Source: a virus | Lineage: Duplodnaviria > Caudoviricetes | IMG/VR virus record: IMGVR_UViG_3300020156_000029 | Location: 208 to 64,207 of that record | Direction: 5' to 3' (one strand) | Length of the DNA: 64,000 nt | Shown here: in pieces, positions 20,385 to 29,511 of the stretch | How positions within the stretch are numbered: position 1 is the first letter of the stretch | Layout: every line of letters starts with the position of its first letter | Made by a program: the position numbers and the translations under genes | Notes under the pieces: generated by a model | What the model was told of the DNA's origin: nothing | Seen by the model: only the letters and a program-made list of their open reading frames with translations | Databases searched by the model: none

Positions 20385-21224
20385 ATGGCTAACTCGCGCG
20401 CGTGGCAACGCGCTAAGGCGGTCCTCGCGACTGCAGAGGATTTGACGACTACGGCCGTCATCTCCGCACCCACTGGCCAGGTCGGCCACACCTACGCCAG
20501 CGCCGCACCGGCGGGATGGGTCTTCGCGGCCGGTCGGACGATCGGTAGCGCTGCCTCCGGCGCGACTGAGCGGGCCAACGCCGACACGGCGGCCCTGTTC
20601 GCGCTGCTGTGGGCGCTCGACGCGACCCTGTTCCCGGTCACGACATCGACGGGCGGAGCTTCGACGCGGGGCGCTTCGGCCGCCGCCGACTTCGCGGCGA
20701 ACAAGCGAATCCAGCTTCCCGACCATCGTGGGCGGGTCACGGCCGGCGTCGACAATGTTGGCGGGGCCGCGAACCGGCTGACGTCGGCCGCCGGCGGCGT
20801 GGACGCCACCAAGCTCGGATCGGCCGGCGGAGCGGCGACGCACACTCTGACGACCGCTCAGATGCCGGCTCACGCCCACGGCGTCACCGATCCGGGGCAC
20901 AACCACTCTATTAACGATCCGGGTCACGCGCACACCGCGTCCGATTCCGGCCACGGCCACGGCTCGCGCTGGCAACCGACCGGCGGAAACTACGGCGTCG
21001 TCGCGAGCGGAGGCTCCTACGTCGGTCGTGTCGCGATCACGGACGACACGAACCTCGATCGAGATACGTCGGTAAACACCGCCAACATCACCGTCGCCGC
21101 CGCTGGAACTGGCATTTGGAACTCCGGCAACACGACGAGCATCTCGATCCAGAACAACGGCTCCGGTCAGGCACACCCGAACACCCAGCCCACCGTCTGC
21201 GCGAACCCGATCATCAGGCTCTAG
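20385..21224 (+). CDS. Tail collar domain / short fibre protein
   Basis: 'APAGWVF', 'LPDHRGR', 'THTLTTAQMPAHAH', repeated 'DPGHxH', 'HPNTQPT'. Confidence 0.85.
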   Translation: MANSRAWQRAKAVLATAEDLTTTAVISAPTGQVGHTYASAAPAGWVFAAGRTIGSAASGATERANADTAALFALLWALDATLFPVTTSTGGASTRGASAAADFAANKRIQLPDHRGRVTAGVDNVGGAANRLTSAAGGVDATKLGSAGGAATHTLTTAQMPAHAHGVTDPGHNHSINDPGHAHTASDSGHGHGSRWQPTGGNYGVVASGGSYVGRVAITDDTNLDRDTSVNTANITVAAAGTGIWNSGNTTSISIQNNGSGQAHPNTQPTVCANPIIRL

Positions 21225-21301
21225 GGCTACCGAAACCGCCGCGAACCGTGCGGCACCCCGGCCTATTGTGGGCTCAACCTTTTCTAGGAGGCTTCCGCCA
21301 G

Positions 21302-22744
21302 ATGGCGACCGATTTCCTTCACGGCGTTGAGGTCGTGACCGTCGACGGCGGTCCTCGCCCGATCCAGACCATTCGCTCGGCCGTTATCGGCCTGATCGGC
21401 ACCGCGCCCGACGCCGACGCCCAGAAGTTCCCGCTGGACACCCCGGTCCTCGTCAACTCGCGCGGCGGTTACGCCGGCATCGGCGCGGGCGGCACCCTGG
21501 CCCCCGCCCTGTCGGGCATCTTCGAGCAGTTCTCCCCGTTCGTCGTGGTGATCCGCGTCGAGGAGGGCGAGAACGCGGGCGAGACCGTCGCCAACGTCAT
21601 CGGCGGTGTGGACGTGAACACCGGCGAACTGACCGGCGTTCAGGCCTTCCGCAAGTCCGAGACCGAGACCGGCCTGATGCCGATGTTGCTGGTCGCCCCG
21701 AGCTTCACGAGCAATCGCCCGAGCGGCGTGACGGCCGTGGCTGTCGCCACCCAGGGCGTCGGTTACGACACGGCCCCGACCGTGACCTTCGCCGGCGGCG
21801 GCACCGACACGAACAAGATTCTGCCGACCGCTCACGCGGTGCTCGGCACCGGCACCGACGCCGGCAAGGTCGTGTCCATCGTGATCGACAATCCCGGTTA
21901 CGCCCTGACCGAGGCCCCGACCGTTTCGCTGACGGGTGGCTCGGCCGAGACGCCGGCGACCCTGGGCGCTGTGACCTACGCCGCCGGGCCGAACCCGGTC
22001 GTGACCGCGCTCCTGCCCGTCGCCAATCAGTTCCGCGCCACCATCCTCGCCGAGGGTCCGTCGACGACCGACGCCGCCGCCATCGCCTATCGCGGCGATT
22101 GGGGCTCGCGCCGGGTCTACATCGTCGATCCGAAGGTCAAGGTCTATGACGCCGACCCCGAGGTCGCCGCCTATGTGTCGCAGCCAAACTCGGCCCGCGT
22201 CGCCGGCCTGATCGCCCGAATCGACCACGAGATCGGCTTCTGGAAGTCGCCCTCGAACGAGGTCGTCAACGGCGTCGGCGGCCTGGACCGCGCGATTGAT
22301 TGGGCGCTGGGCGACCCGAACACGCGCGCCAACCTCCTGAACGAGAACGAGGTCGCGACCTTCATCCGCGACGACGGCTGGCGTCTGTGGGGCAACCGCA
22401 CCGCCTCCGACGATCCGAAGTATGCCTTCCTGAGCGTGGCCCGCACCGCCGACATGATCGACCTGTCGATCCAGAAGGCGCACCGCTGGGCCGTCGATCG
22501 GGTCATCAACAAGGCCTATTTCGAGGACGTCACCGCCTCGGTGAACGGTTACCTCCGCACCCTGGAAGCGCGCGGCGCGATCCTGGGCGGCAAGTGCTGG
22601 GTCGACCCCGACTTCAACACGTCGGCCGACATCACCTCGGGCAAGGCGACCTTCAGCTACGACTTCACTCCGCCGTACCCGGCCGAGCGCGTCACCTTCC
22701 GTTCGTCGATCACCGACGAATACATCACCTCGATCTTCGCTTAA
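21302..22744 (+). CDS. Contractile tail sheath protein (P2 FI family)
   Basis: 'FLHGVEV', 'IGLIGTAPDAD', 'GFWKSPSN', 'GWRLWGNRT', 'PYPAERVTF'; RBS AGGAGG. Confidence 0.95.
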   Translation: MATDFLHGVEVVTVDGGPRPIQTIRSAVIGLIGTAPDADAQKFPLDTPVLVNSRGGYAGIGAGGTLAPALSGIFEQFSPFVVVIRVEEGENAGETVANVIGGVDVNTGELTGVQAFRKSETETGLMPMLLVAPSFTSNRPSGVTAVAVATQGVGYDTAPTVTFAGGGTDTNKILPTAHAVLGTGTDAGKVVSIVIDNPGYALTEAPTVSLTGGSAETPATLGAVTYAAGPNPVVTALLPVANQFRATILAEGPSTTDAAAIAYRGDWGSRRVYIVDPKVKVYDADPEVAAYVSQPNSARVAGLIARIDHEIGFWKSPSNEVVNGVGGLDRAIDWALGDPNTRANLLNENEVATFIRDDGWRLWGNRTASDDPKYAFLSVARTADMIDLSIQKAHRWAVDRVINKAYFEDVTASVNGYLRTLEARGAILGGKCWVDPDFNTSADITSGKATFSYDFTPPYPAERVTFRSSITDEYITSIFA

Positions 22745-22758
22745 GGGGCCGCTCCACG

Positions 22759-23253
22759 ATGATCCCTCACGTTCTCAAGAACTGGAACTGCTTCATCAAC
22801 GGGGTTGGCTACGCCGGCCTCTGCGATGAGGCGGAGCTTCCCGAGATCGCCCTCAAGATGGAGGAGCACCGCGCCGGCGGCATGGATGGTGCCTTCGAGA
22901 TCGACATGGGCCAGGAGGTCATGTCCTCGAAGCTGACCTTCGCCACCTACCCGCCCGAGGTTCTGGCGGCCCTGGCGCGCGGCGTCCGCATCCAACTGCG
23001 CGGCGTGCTGAAGCGCGACACCGACAACTCGGTCATCCCGGTCATCGTCGAGATCGGCGGGCGGCCGAAGAAGTGGACCCCCGGCTCGTGGAAGGCCGGC
23101 GACAAGGCGACCTCGGAGCACGAGATCGCGGTCGACTACTTCCGTTGGAACCAAGCCGGTGTCGACCTCATGGAGGTCGACGTCGTCAACATGAAGCGCG
23201 TGATCGGCGGAGTCGACCAACTCGCCGACGAGCGCGCGATCCTTTCCATCTAA
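22759..23253 (+). CDS. Major tail tube protein (P2 FII family)
   Basis: 'LKNWNCFING..Y.G', 'RAGGMDG', 'WKAGDK', 'IGGVDQLA'. Confidence 0.93.
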   Translation: MIPHVLKNWNCFINGVGYAGLCDEAELPEIALKMEEHRAGGMDGAFEIDMGQEVMSSKLTFATYPPEVLAALARGVRIQLRGVLKRDTDNSVIPVIVEIGGRPKKWTPGSWKAGDKATSEHEIAVDYFRWNQAGVDLMEVDVVNMKRVIGGVDQLADERAILSI

Positions 23254-23279
23254 CCGACCATCCCCAGGAGAGAACTACG

Positions 23280-23555
23280 ATGGCCGACCTGAGCGCTACA
23301 GCGACGATCAAGCTGGACTTCCCCTTTGATGCGGATGGCCAGGCCTTCACCGAACTGACGATGCGTCGTCCGAAGATGAAGGACAATCACGCCATTCAGA
23401 AGATGAAGGGAAGCGACTTCGAGCGCGGTGTGTCCATGCTGGCGCGCCTGTGCGACGTGGCCCCCGAGGTGATCCACGAACTCGACGAATTGGACGCCAA
23501 CAAGCTGCAGGAACAACTGAACTCCTTTCGTGGAGACAGCGGGTCCGACGCCTGA
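23280..23555 (+). CDS. Tail assembly chaperone (gpE-like)
   Basis: 'IKLDFP...ELTMRRPKMKD...LARLC...ELDELD'; between tube and tape measure. Confidence 0.85.
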   Translation: MADLSATATIKLDFPFDADGQAFTELTMRRPKMKDNHAIQKMKGSDFERGVSMLARLCDVAPEVIHELDELDANKLQEQLNSFRGDSGSDA

Positions 23556-23715
23556 AGGCGAGGAGCTATGGATCGCCGCCCTGGGGCTGATGAAATGCAG
23601 CAAGGGCGGCCTCACCTGGCCCGTCATCCTCGAGATGGACGTCGAGGACTTTAACGCCGCGCTCGACGCCGCCGAGGAACTGGAAAAGCGCATCGCCAAG
23701 GCGATGAAGGGATAA
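23530..23715 (+). CDS. Frameshift extension of tail chaperone (gpE'-like)
   Basis: Overlapping +1 frame ORF, 'LTWPVILEMDVEDF' resembles E'/T-type extensions; slippery candidate TCC TTT CGT at 23523-23531. Confidence 0.6.
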   Translation: METAGPTPEGEELWIAALGLMKCSKGGLTWPVILEMDVEDFNAALDAAEELEKRIAKAMKG

Positions 23716-23716
23716 G

Positions 23717-26089
23717 ATGGCTCGCGGCTTATCGGTCTTCGTTAACATTGGCGCAAGGGTCGGCTCCTCGGTGGGGTCGGCCGCCGCCGCGACCGAGCGC
23801 CGCTTCGGCCAGATGAATCGTCGGCTCCGCGTCATGGCGGCCGAGACCTCCGCACACATGCGCGCCACCGAGCGCCAGTGGGGCTCGATCCGCCGCAACG
23901 CCAGCGACTTCGCGATGGGCGTCAGCGCGCCCATGGGCGTCCTGGCGGGCCTGGGGGCGAAGACCGCCTACGAGTGGGCTCAGGTCGGGAACAACCTTCA
24001 GGCCGTCACTCAGATGACGCACGAGCAGCGTAAGGCCGTCGAAGCCGCCGCTCGCTCGCAGATCGGCAACCCCGTCAACAACCTCCGCGCCGGCCTGGAC
24101 CTGGGTCGCACCGGCCTGGCCCCGGATGAGATCGCGGCCGGCCTTCCGATCGCCGTGCGACTGGCCCGCTCCGACCCGGAGAGCGTTGATCAGGCCCAGG
24201 CGGCCGACATCGTCACGAACATCCTCAAGGGGATGCGGATGCCGATTGGCGAACTCGGCCGGGCGGCCGACGTGATCGCCTACGCCGCCGCGCAATCGTC
24301 GTCCGACGTCCGCCTGATGGGCGAGAGCTTCAAGTATGCGGGGCCGCTGGCCGCCCGCGCCGGCACTTCGATCGAGGAGGCCGCCGCCGCCTTCATGACG
24401 ATGGCCGACGCGGGCATCAAGGGCTCCGAGTCGGGAGTGGCCTTCCGGTCCATGCTGGTCCGCATGATCAAGCTGCCGAAGCCCGCCGCCGCCGTGCTCG
24501 CGCGCTACAACATGCAGATCAGCGACTACGTCAAGTTGTCGAACGCACCTTCCGGCCAGGGCATCATCAACAGCCTGAAGGCCTCGGGTATCGCGGCCGG
24601 CGGCGCGGCCTCCGAGCTTGATCGCATCCTTGGGTCCAATCTTGCCGGGGCCGACCTCGTCGAGGCGCTGACGAGCGCGGTTTCGCGCGGGATCGAGGGC
24701 GGCGCGGACGCCGTCGATCGCGAGATGTTGTCGACGGTGATCAGCGACGCGCTGATCGGGAGCGCCGACAAGATCAACTGGCGCAAGTTCATCGCCGACG
24801 CGCGCGCGAAGGGATGGACGACCGGCGACATCGTCAACTTCTTCGACACGCGCCAAGGCGCGCGCCTGGCCACCCTGTTCGGCGACGACCTCGAGAACAC
24901 TCTGTCCAAGATGAAGGGACAGGGCGGCTCTAGCGGCTGGCTCGACAAGATGTTCGCCCTTCAGAATCAGGGCGTCGTCGGGTCGATGCAACGCCTGGCG
25001 CAGTCGATGGGGAAACTCATCATCACGATCTCCGAGGCGGGCGTGATCGACACGGCCGCCAACGCGATCGACAAGCTGGCCAACGGCATCTCGGCGCTCG
25101 GCAAGTCGAACCCCGCGCTCCTGAAGTTCGGCACCTACGCCGTGCTGGCGCTGGCCGTGCTCGGCCCTCTGGGCTGGCTCATGGGCGGCGTCGTCGCCGG
25201 TTTCCGTCTGCTCGGCGGCGCGGTGATGTTCCTTGGCCGCATGGCGGCGGGACCGCTCGGACGCTTCGCCGGCATGGTGACTCGTCTGTGGCGGCTTGGC
25301 GGCTTGGTCGCGGCCATCGGCGGGCGCGCCGCGCTCATCCCCCTGCTGGCCCCCCTGGGCCTCCTCGGCGTCGCCCTTGGGGCTGTCGCCCTCGCCGTCG
25401 CGTGGATCGTCGCCAAATGGAGCGGCATCAAGGCCTTCTTCTCCGGCATGAAGGAGGGCTTTGTCGAGGCGGTCGGACCCGAGGGCATGGCGTCCATCCA
25501 GAAGTTCGGCGAGGCGCTGCGCTGGGTTGCCGACGTTCTGTTCACGCCGTGGAAGATGCTGGCCGGTGCGATCGGTGCAGTGTTCAACTGGATCGGCCAG
25601 TTGTTCGCGCCAGCGGAGACCGAGAAGTGGCGATCCGGGGGCGAGAGCTTCGGCCGCGTGATCGGCGGGATGGTCAAGGGCCTCACCGGGTTCATCGACC
25701 TGATCACGACCGGCATCAACAAGATTCGCGAGTTCTTCGGGGCAAGCAACGCCGGCGGAGCGGCCGGGGCGGCCATTGGCGCTCAGATGGGCGCGGCCAC
25801 GACCCGCCAGCGCGGCGGCGGCCTCGGGCGCGGCTCCCTGGCGCTCGTCGGCGAGCGCGGGCCGGAACTGTTCGCCTCCGGCCGCTCGGGTACGGTGATC
25901 CCGGCGCGGGCGACGGCGGCGCTGATCGCGGCCATGTCTGGCGGCATCCCGGTCCAGAGCCAGGCCGCGCCGATCCAGACGGGCGACATCCATATCCACG
26001 GGGCGACCGATCCGGCCGCGACGGCCCAGGCTGTTCGTGCTGAACTGAAGCGTCTTCAGCGCGAACAGCGCGCAGGGTTGCACGACTGA
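23717..26089 (+). CDS. Tail tape measure protein (TP901 core)
   Basis: 'MGESFKYAGP', 'GIKGSESGVAFR', hydrophobic middle region, 'LVGERGPELF'. Confidence 0.93.
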   Translation: MARGLSVFVNIGARVGSSVGSAAAATERRFGQMNRRLRVMAAETSAHMRATERQWGSIRRNASDFAMGVSAPMGVLAGLGAKTAYEWAQVGNNLQAVTQMTHEQRKAVEAAARSQIGNPVNNLRAGLDLGRTGLAPDEIAAGLPIAVRLARSDPESVDQAQAADIVTNILKGMRMPIGELGRAADVIAYAAAQSSSDVRLMGESFKYAGPLAARAGTSIEEAAAAFMTMADAGIKGSESGVAFRSMLVRMIKLPKPAAAVLARYNMQISDYVKLSNAPSGQGIINSLKASGIAAGGAASELDRILGSNLAGADLVEALTSAVSRGIEGGADAVDREMLSTVISDALIGSADKINWRKFIADARAKGWTTGDIVNFFDTRQGARLATLFGDDLENTLSKMKGQGGSSGWLDKMFALQNQGVVGSMQRLAQSMGKLIITISEAGVIDTAANAIDKLANGISALGKSNPALLKFGTYAVLALAVLGPLGWLMGGVVAGFRLLGGAVMFLGRMAAGPLGRFAGMVTRLWRLGGLVAAIGGRAALIPLLAPLGLLGVALGAVALAVAWIVAKWSGIKAFFSGMKEGFVEAVGPEGMASIQKFGEALRWVADVLFTPWKMLAGAIGAVFNWIGQLFAPAETEKWRSGGESFGRVIGGMVKGLTGFIDLITTGINKIREFFGASNAGGAAGAAIGAQMGAATTRQRGGGLGRGSLALVGERGPELFASGRSGTVIPARATAALIAAMSGGIPVQSQAAPIQTGDIHIHGATDPAATAQAVRAELKRLQREQRAGLHD

Positions 26090-26493
26090 TGGCCAGCGAT
26101 TCGCGGGTGATGATGGCGCTAGGGGAATATCGCTTCTCCCTGCCCACCGCCGCCTACCAAGACCTCGAGCGCACGAACGAATGGCGGTGGGCCTCGGTCG
26201 ACCGCATCGGTGCGCGCCCGGCGCTTCAGTTCGTCGGCGAGGGCACCGAGACGATCAACATGCGCGGGGTCATCTACCCGCACTTCGTCGCCCAGAACGC
26301 CGGGCTCGAGCAACTGTCGCGGATGCGCGCCGAGGCCGCCAAGGGCGAGGCGCTCCTGATGGTCGACGGTGCCGGCCGGGTCTGGGGCGAGTTCGTGATC
26401 ACGACTATTCGCGAGGGCCAGCGGCATTTCTGGTCTGACGGCCGGCCGCGCTCGATCGACTTCGACATCTCCCTGGTGGCCTATGGCGGATAG
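26089..26493 (+). CDS. P2 gpU-like tail protein
   Basis: 'MMALGEYRFS...YQDLER...RIGARPALQFVG'. Confidence 0.9.
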   Translation: MASDSRVMMALGEYRFSLPTAAYQDLERTNEWRWASVDRIGARPALQFVGEGTETINMRGVIYPHFVAQNAGLEQLSRMRAEAAKGEALLMVDGAGRVWGEFVITTIREGQRHFWSDGRPRSIDFDISLVAYGG

Positions 26494-26704
26494 CGTCGTC
26501 TACGAGACCGTCATCACGGACGAGGGCGACACCGTCGACCTGATCGCCTTCCGGCGCTTCGGCGTCCACGGAGCCGAGCCCGACATCCTCGCGGCCAACG
26601 CCGGCCTGGCCGCGCGCGACGCCGTGCTTCCCGCCGGGCTGGCCATCCGCATCCCGATCCCGGTCCAGAAGGACCGCCGCCAGAGCACGAGGTTGTGGTC
26701 GTGA
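26483..26704 (+). CDS. Tail protein X (LysM-like)
   Basis: 'GDTVDLIA...ILAANAGLA...LPAG...LW'. Confidence 0.9.
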   Translation: MADSVVYETVITDEGDTVDLIAFRRFGVHGAEPDILAANAGLAARDAVLPAGLAIRIPIPVQKDRRQSTRLWS

Positions 26705-27702
26705 AGCCCGTCGCGCTTCTCACGATCAACGGCCGCGACGTCTCGAGCGCCATCTTCGGCGAGGGCGGCATTCTGATCAGCCTGACGATCACCGATCAGG
26801 CCGGCACCAAGTCCGACACCCTTGAGCTTGAGATCGACGATCGGGAGGGCTTCACGGCCCCGCCGAAGGGGGCGGAGGTTCAGGCCTGGCTCGGCTACGA
26901 GCCGACGCCCGTCTACATGGGCCGTTTCACGGTCGACGAGTGGACGAAGGCCGGGCCGGTGCGGACGCTCCGCGTCAGCGCCAAGGCGGCCGAGATGACA
27001 TCGACGATCCGCGCGGCCAAGACGAAGTCGTGGGACGGCAAGACGGTCGGCGACATCGCGCGGGAGATCGCCGGCGAGCATGGGCTGCAGGCTGTCGTCG
27101 CCGAATCGGTCGCGGGCCTGTCCATCGCGCACATCGACCAACAGAACGAATCGGACCTGGGCTTCCTCTCGCGCCTGGCCCGCCGCGCGGGCGCGACCTT
27201 CAAGCTGGGCGACGGCCAGGTCGTGCTCTCCGAGCGCGGGGCGATGAGCACGCTCCCGAGCGGCAAGGAGAAGCCGACGATCAGGCTGACGCCCGACATG
27301 GTCGGCGAGTGGAGCGCCACGACGGCCGAGCGCGGCGACTACAAGGCCGTGGTCTGCACCTATATGGATCACGCGGCTGGCCGGCGCGTCAGCGTCACGG
27401 AAGGCGAGGGGACGCCGAAGCACCGCGACCGGCGGCTCTACGCCAGCGAGGCCGAGGCCAAGGCGGCGGCTCGCGCCCAACTCGGCGACCTGACGCGCGG
27501 GAAGATCACCTTCGAGACGAGCGGGACAGGGCTCCCCGACGTGTTCGCCGAGGCCAAGATCGACGCCCAGGACTTCGACCCCGACGTCGACGGCGAGTTC
27601 CTGATCAAGTCGGTGACGCACAGCTTCACGAGCGGCGGCTACACGACTTCGATCAGCATGGAAACTGGCGGAGAGGGCGACGAGGAGGGCGAGGGCGACT
27701 AG
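26695..27702 (+). CDS. Baseplate hub / late control gene D family
   Basis: 'SDTLELEIDD', 'WLGY', 'IDQQNESDLGFLSRLA'. Confidence 0.9.
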   Translation: MVVKPVALLTINGRDVSSAIFGEGGILISLTITDQAGTKSDTLELEIDDREGFTAPPKGAEVQAWLGYEPTPVYMGRFTVDEWTKAGPVRTLRVSAKAAEMTSTIRAAKTKSWDGKTVGDIAREIAGEHGLQAVVAESVAGLSIAHIDQQNESDLGFLSRLARRAGATFKLGDGQVVLSERGAMSTLPSGKEKPTIRLTPDMVGEWSATTAERGDYKAVVCTYMDHAAGRRVSVTEGEGTPKHRDRRLYASEAEAKAAARAQLGDLTRGKITFETSGTGLPDVFAEAKIDAQDFDPDVDGEFLIKSVTHSFTSGGYTTSISMETGGEGDEEGEGD

Positions 27703-27759
27703 ACCCGTCCCGCGTGCGCGAAACCCCTCGGGCAAGGTGGTCTCATAGGAGATCGCCCC

Positions 27760-28260
27760 ATGGCCGAACCGAACTGGATGGCATACGCCCGCACGCTGAT
27801 CGGCCTGCGCGAGGTGCCCGGCGCGAAGCACAACCCGACGATCCTGGGCTGGGCCAAGAAGCTCGGCGCAAAGGTTCTCGGCATCAACGTCACCGACGAC
27901 GAGACGCCGTGGTGCGGCCTGTTCGTCGCGCACGTCATGGCGCAGTTCGGTCTTGGCGCGCCGCCGATCGCCGTCCGCGCGAAGGCCTGGCGCGGCTACG
28001 GCCGCACCCTGATCGGCCCGCGCCCCGGCTGCATCCTCGTATTCGAGCGTGAGGGCGGCGGTCACGTCGGCTTCTACGTCGGCGAGGACGACACGCACCT
28101 TCACGTCCTGGGCGGCAATCAGGGCAACGCGGTCAGCATCACCCGTATCTCGAAGGGCCGCCTGTCGGCGATGGTCTGGCCGAATGGCGCGGCCCTCCCG
28201 GCGATCAAGGTTGTCCGCCTAAAGCCTGACGGCGCGCCGGTGTCGAGGACCGAGGCGTGA
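27760..28260 (+). CDS. Endolysin candidate, TIGR02594 (CHAP/NlpC-like) family
   Basis: 'DETPWCGLFV', 'GGGHVGF', 'LGGNQ' Cys/His peptidase motifs. Confidence 0.88.
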   Translation: MAEPNWMAYARTLIGLREVPGAKHNPTILGWAKKLGAKVLGINVTDDETPWCGLFVAHVMAQFGLGAPPIAVRAKAWRGYGRTLIGPRPGCILVFEREGGGHVGFYVGEDDTHLHVLGGNQGNAVSITRISKGRLSAMVWPNGAALPAIKVVRLKPDGAPVSRTEA

Positions 28261-28589
28261 AGCTCTCCGACGCCCTCAAGGCGCTCCCTCTCATTCGATT
28301 CGTGCTGATGCTCGGCGGTGGCGTGGCCGGCACAGTGGTCGCGGTGATCGGCGGCGTATGGCTGGCCTTGGGCCAGGACTTCCCGCACGCCGAAAACGTA
28401 TGGCTGGCCCGTATCCAGTGGGTCGGCGCTCTCGGAATGCTGTTTGCCGCCTTTGGCATCGTGGCCATGATCACGCTGGCCTGGGGCAAGGTCACGGGCC
28501 TGAAGGTCGGCAACGGCGCGGCCTCTGTTGAACTTGATTTCGACGAAGACGCCAAGACGACCGTCACGACCACGACGGAGGTTCAGTAA
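28257..28589 (+). CDS. Putative holin
   Basis: Two predicted TM helices, between endolysin and spanins. Confidence 0.6.
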   Translation: MKLSDALKALPLIRFVLMLGGGVAGTVVAVIGGVWLALGQDFPHAENVWLARIQWVGALGMLFAAFGIVAMITLAWGKVTGLKVGNGAASVELDFDEDAKTTVTTTTEVQ

Positions 28590-29023
28590 TGGCCAACCTC
28601 CTCTCCTTCGGCGGCTTCCTCCTCCGGCACTGGAAATGGATCGCGCTCGGCCTATCGGTGGTCGCGGTGTGGGGGCTGTGCGTCACCATCTCCTTTCTGC
28701 GAGGCCAGGTGGACGCGGCTAACGCGGCGCGCGACGGGGCGGTAGCCCGCGCCGAGCAAGCCGAGGCGAACTCCGCCGAGTGGCAGAAGGCGAACGCCGA
28801 CATGCGCCGTCTGGCGATCGAGGACGCCAAGGCCCGCGCGGCCGAAACCAAGGTCATCACCATCATTCGAGAACAGGCGTCCCAGGCACGCCAGGAGATT
28901 CAAGATGCGCCGGGCTCTGATGCTGGCTTCCGTTATTCCGACCCTGCTTATGGCTTCATGCGCCGGGAACCGGGTTCAGCCCAACGTGACACCGCCCCGA
29001 CCCCTGCCGGCGTGGGTCGCTGA
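28589..29023 (+). CDS. Inner-membrane spanin (Rz-like)
   Basis: N-terminal TM helix followed by Ala/Gln-rich coiled coil. Confidence 0.75.
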   Translation: MANLLSFGGFLLRHWKWIALGLSVVAVWGLCVTISFLRGQVDAANAARDGAVARAEQAEANSAEWQKANADMRRLAIEDAKARAAETKVITIIREQASQARQEIQDAPGSDAGFRYSDPAYGFMRREPGSAQRDTAPTPAGVGR

Positions 29024-29195
29024 CGACTTCGTTTGCGGAGCCGAACCCGCCGTGCCGCCCCAGGAAACCACCAAGGCCGCCGCCGAGACCTATCAGGTCG
29101 ACACCCTCGAGTGGGGGCGCGTGTGTGCCGAGAAACTGACGCGCCGAGGTGATGACGCCCGCCGCTATGACCTGATCGACGAGGCCCCGAAGTGA
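28905..29195 (+). CDS. Outer-membrane spanin lipoprotein (Rz1-like)
   Basis: Signal peptide with lipobox 'LMASC', Pro-rich mature part, overlaps the 3' end of the Rz-like gene in another frame. Confidence 0.78.
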   Translation: MRRALMLASVIPTLLMASCAGNRVQPNVTPPRPLPAWVADDFVCGAEPAVPPQETTKAAAETYQVDTLEWGRVCAEKLTRRGDDARRYDLIDEAPK

Positions 29196-29509
29196 GTGAG
29201 TTTAGTTGGATGTTTTCGGCGGGGATGCTCGTGCTGACGGCACTCGGCATCTACGGCGGCTGGGCTGTCGGCCGCTACAAGGGCGAGAGCGCGCACGCGA
29301 TGGCCAAGGCCGCCCAGGAGCGGGCCGACGCCGCGCACGCTGAACTGGCCAGCTACAAGACCGAGGTCGTCGCCAAGTTCGCCACGATCGAGATGCTTCA
29401 GAAATCCGAGGACCGCGTCGCCGACGCCCTCAATCGGCTCGCCGACCGGCTCGACCGGCTCGTCGAGATGCGCCCAGCGCCTCGCACGCGCGCCACCCGC
29501 ACGAAATAA
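29192..29509 (+). CDS. Membrane-anchored coiled-coil protein
   Basis: Single N-terminal TM helix, coiled coil. Confidence 0.55.
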   Translation: MSEFSWMFSAGMLVLTALGIYGGWAVGRYKGESAHAMAKAAQERADAAHAELASYKTEVVAKFATIEMLQKSEDRVADALNRLADRLDRLVEMRPAPRTRATRTK

Positions 29510-29511
29510 CC

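Noticed and set aside
10521-21224. Diversity-generating retroelement or invertible tail-fibre cassette
   Set aside because: No reverse transcriptase, invertase or template/variable repeat pair noticed
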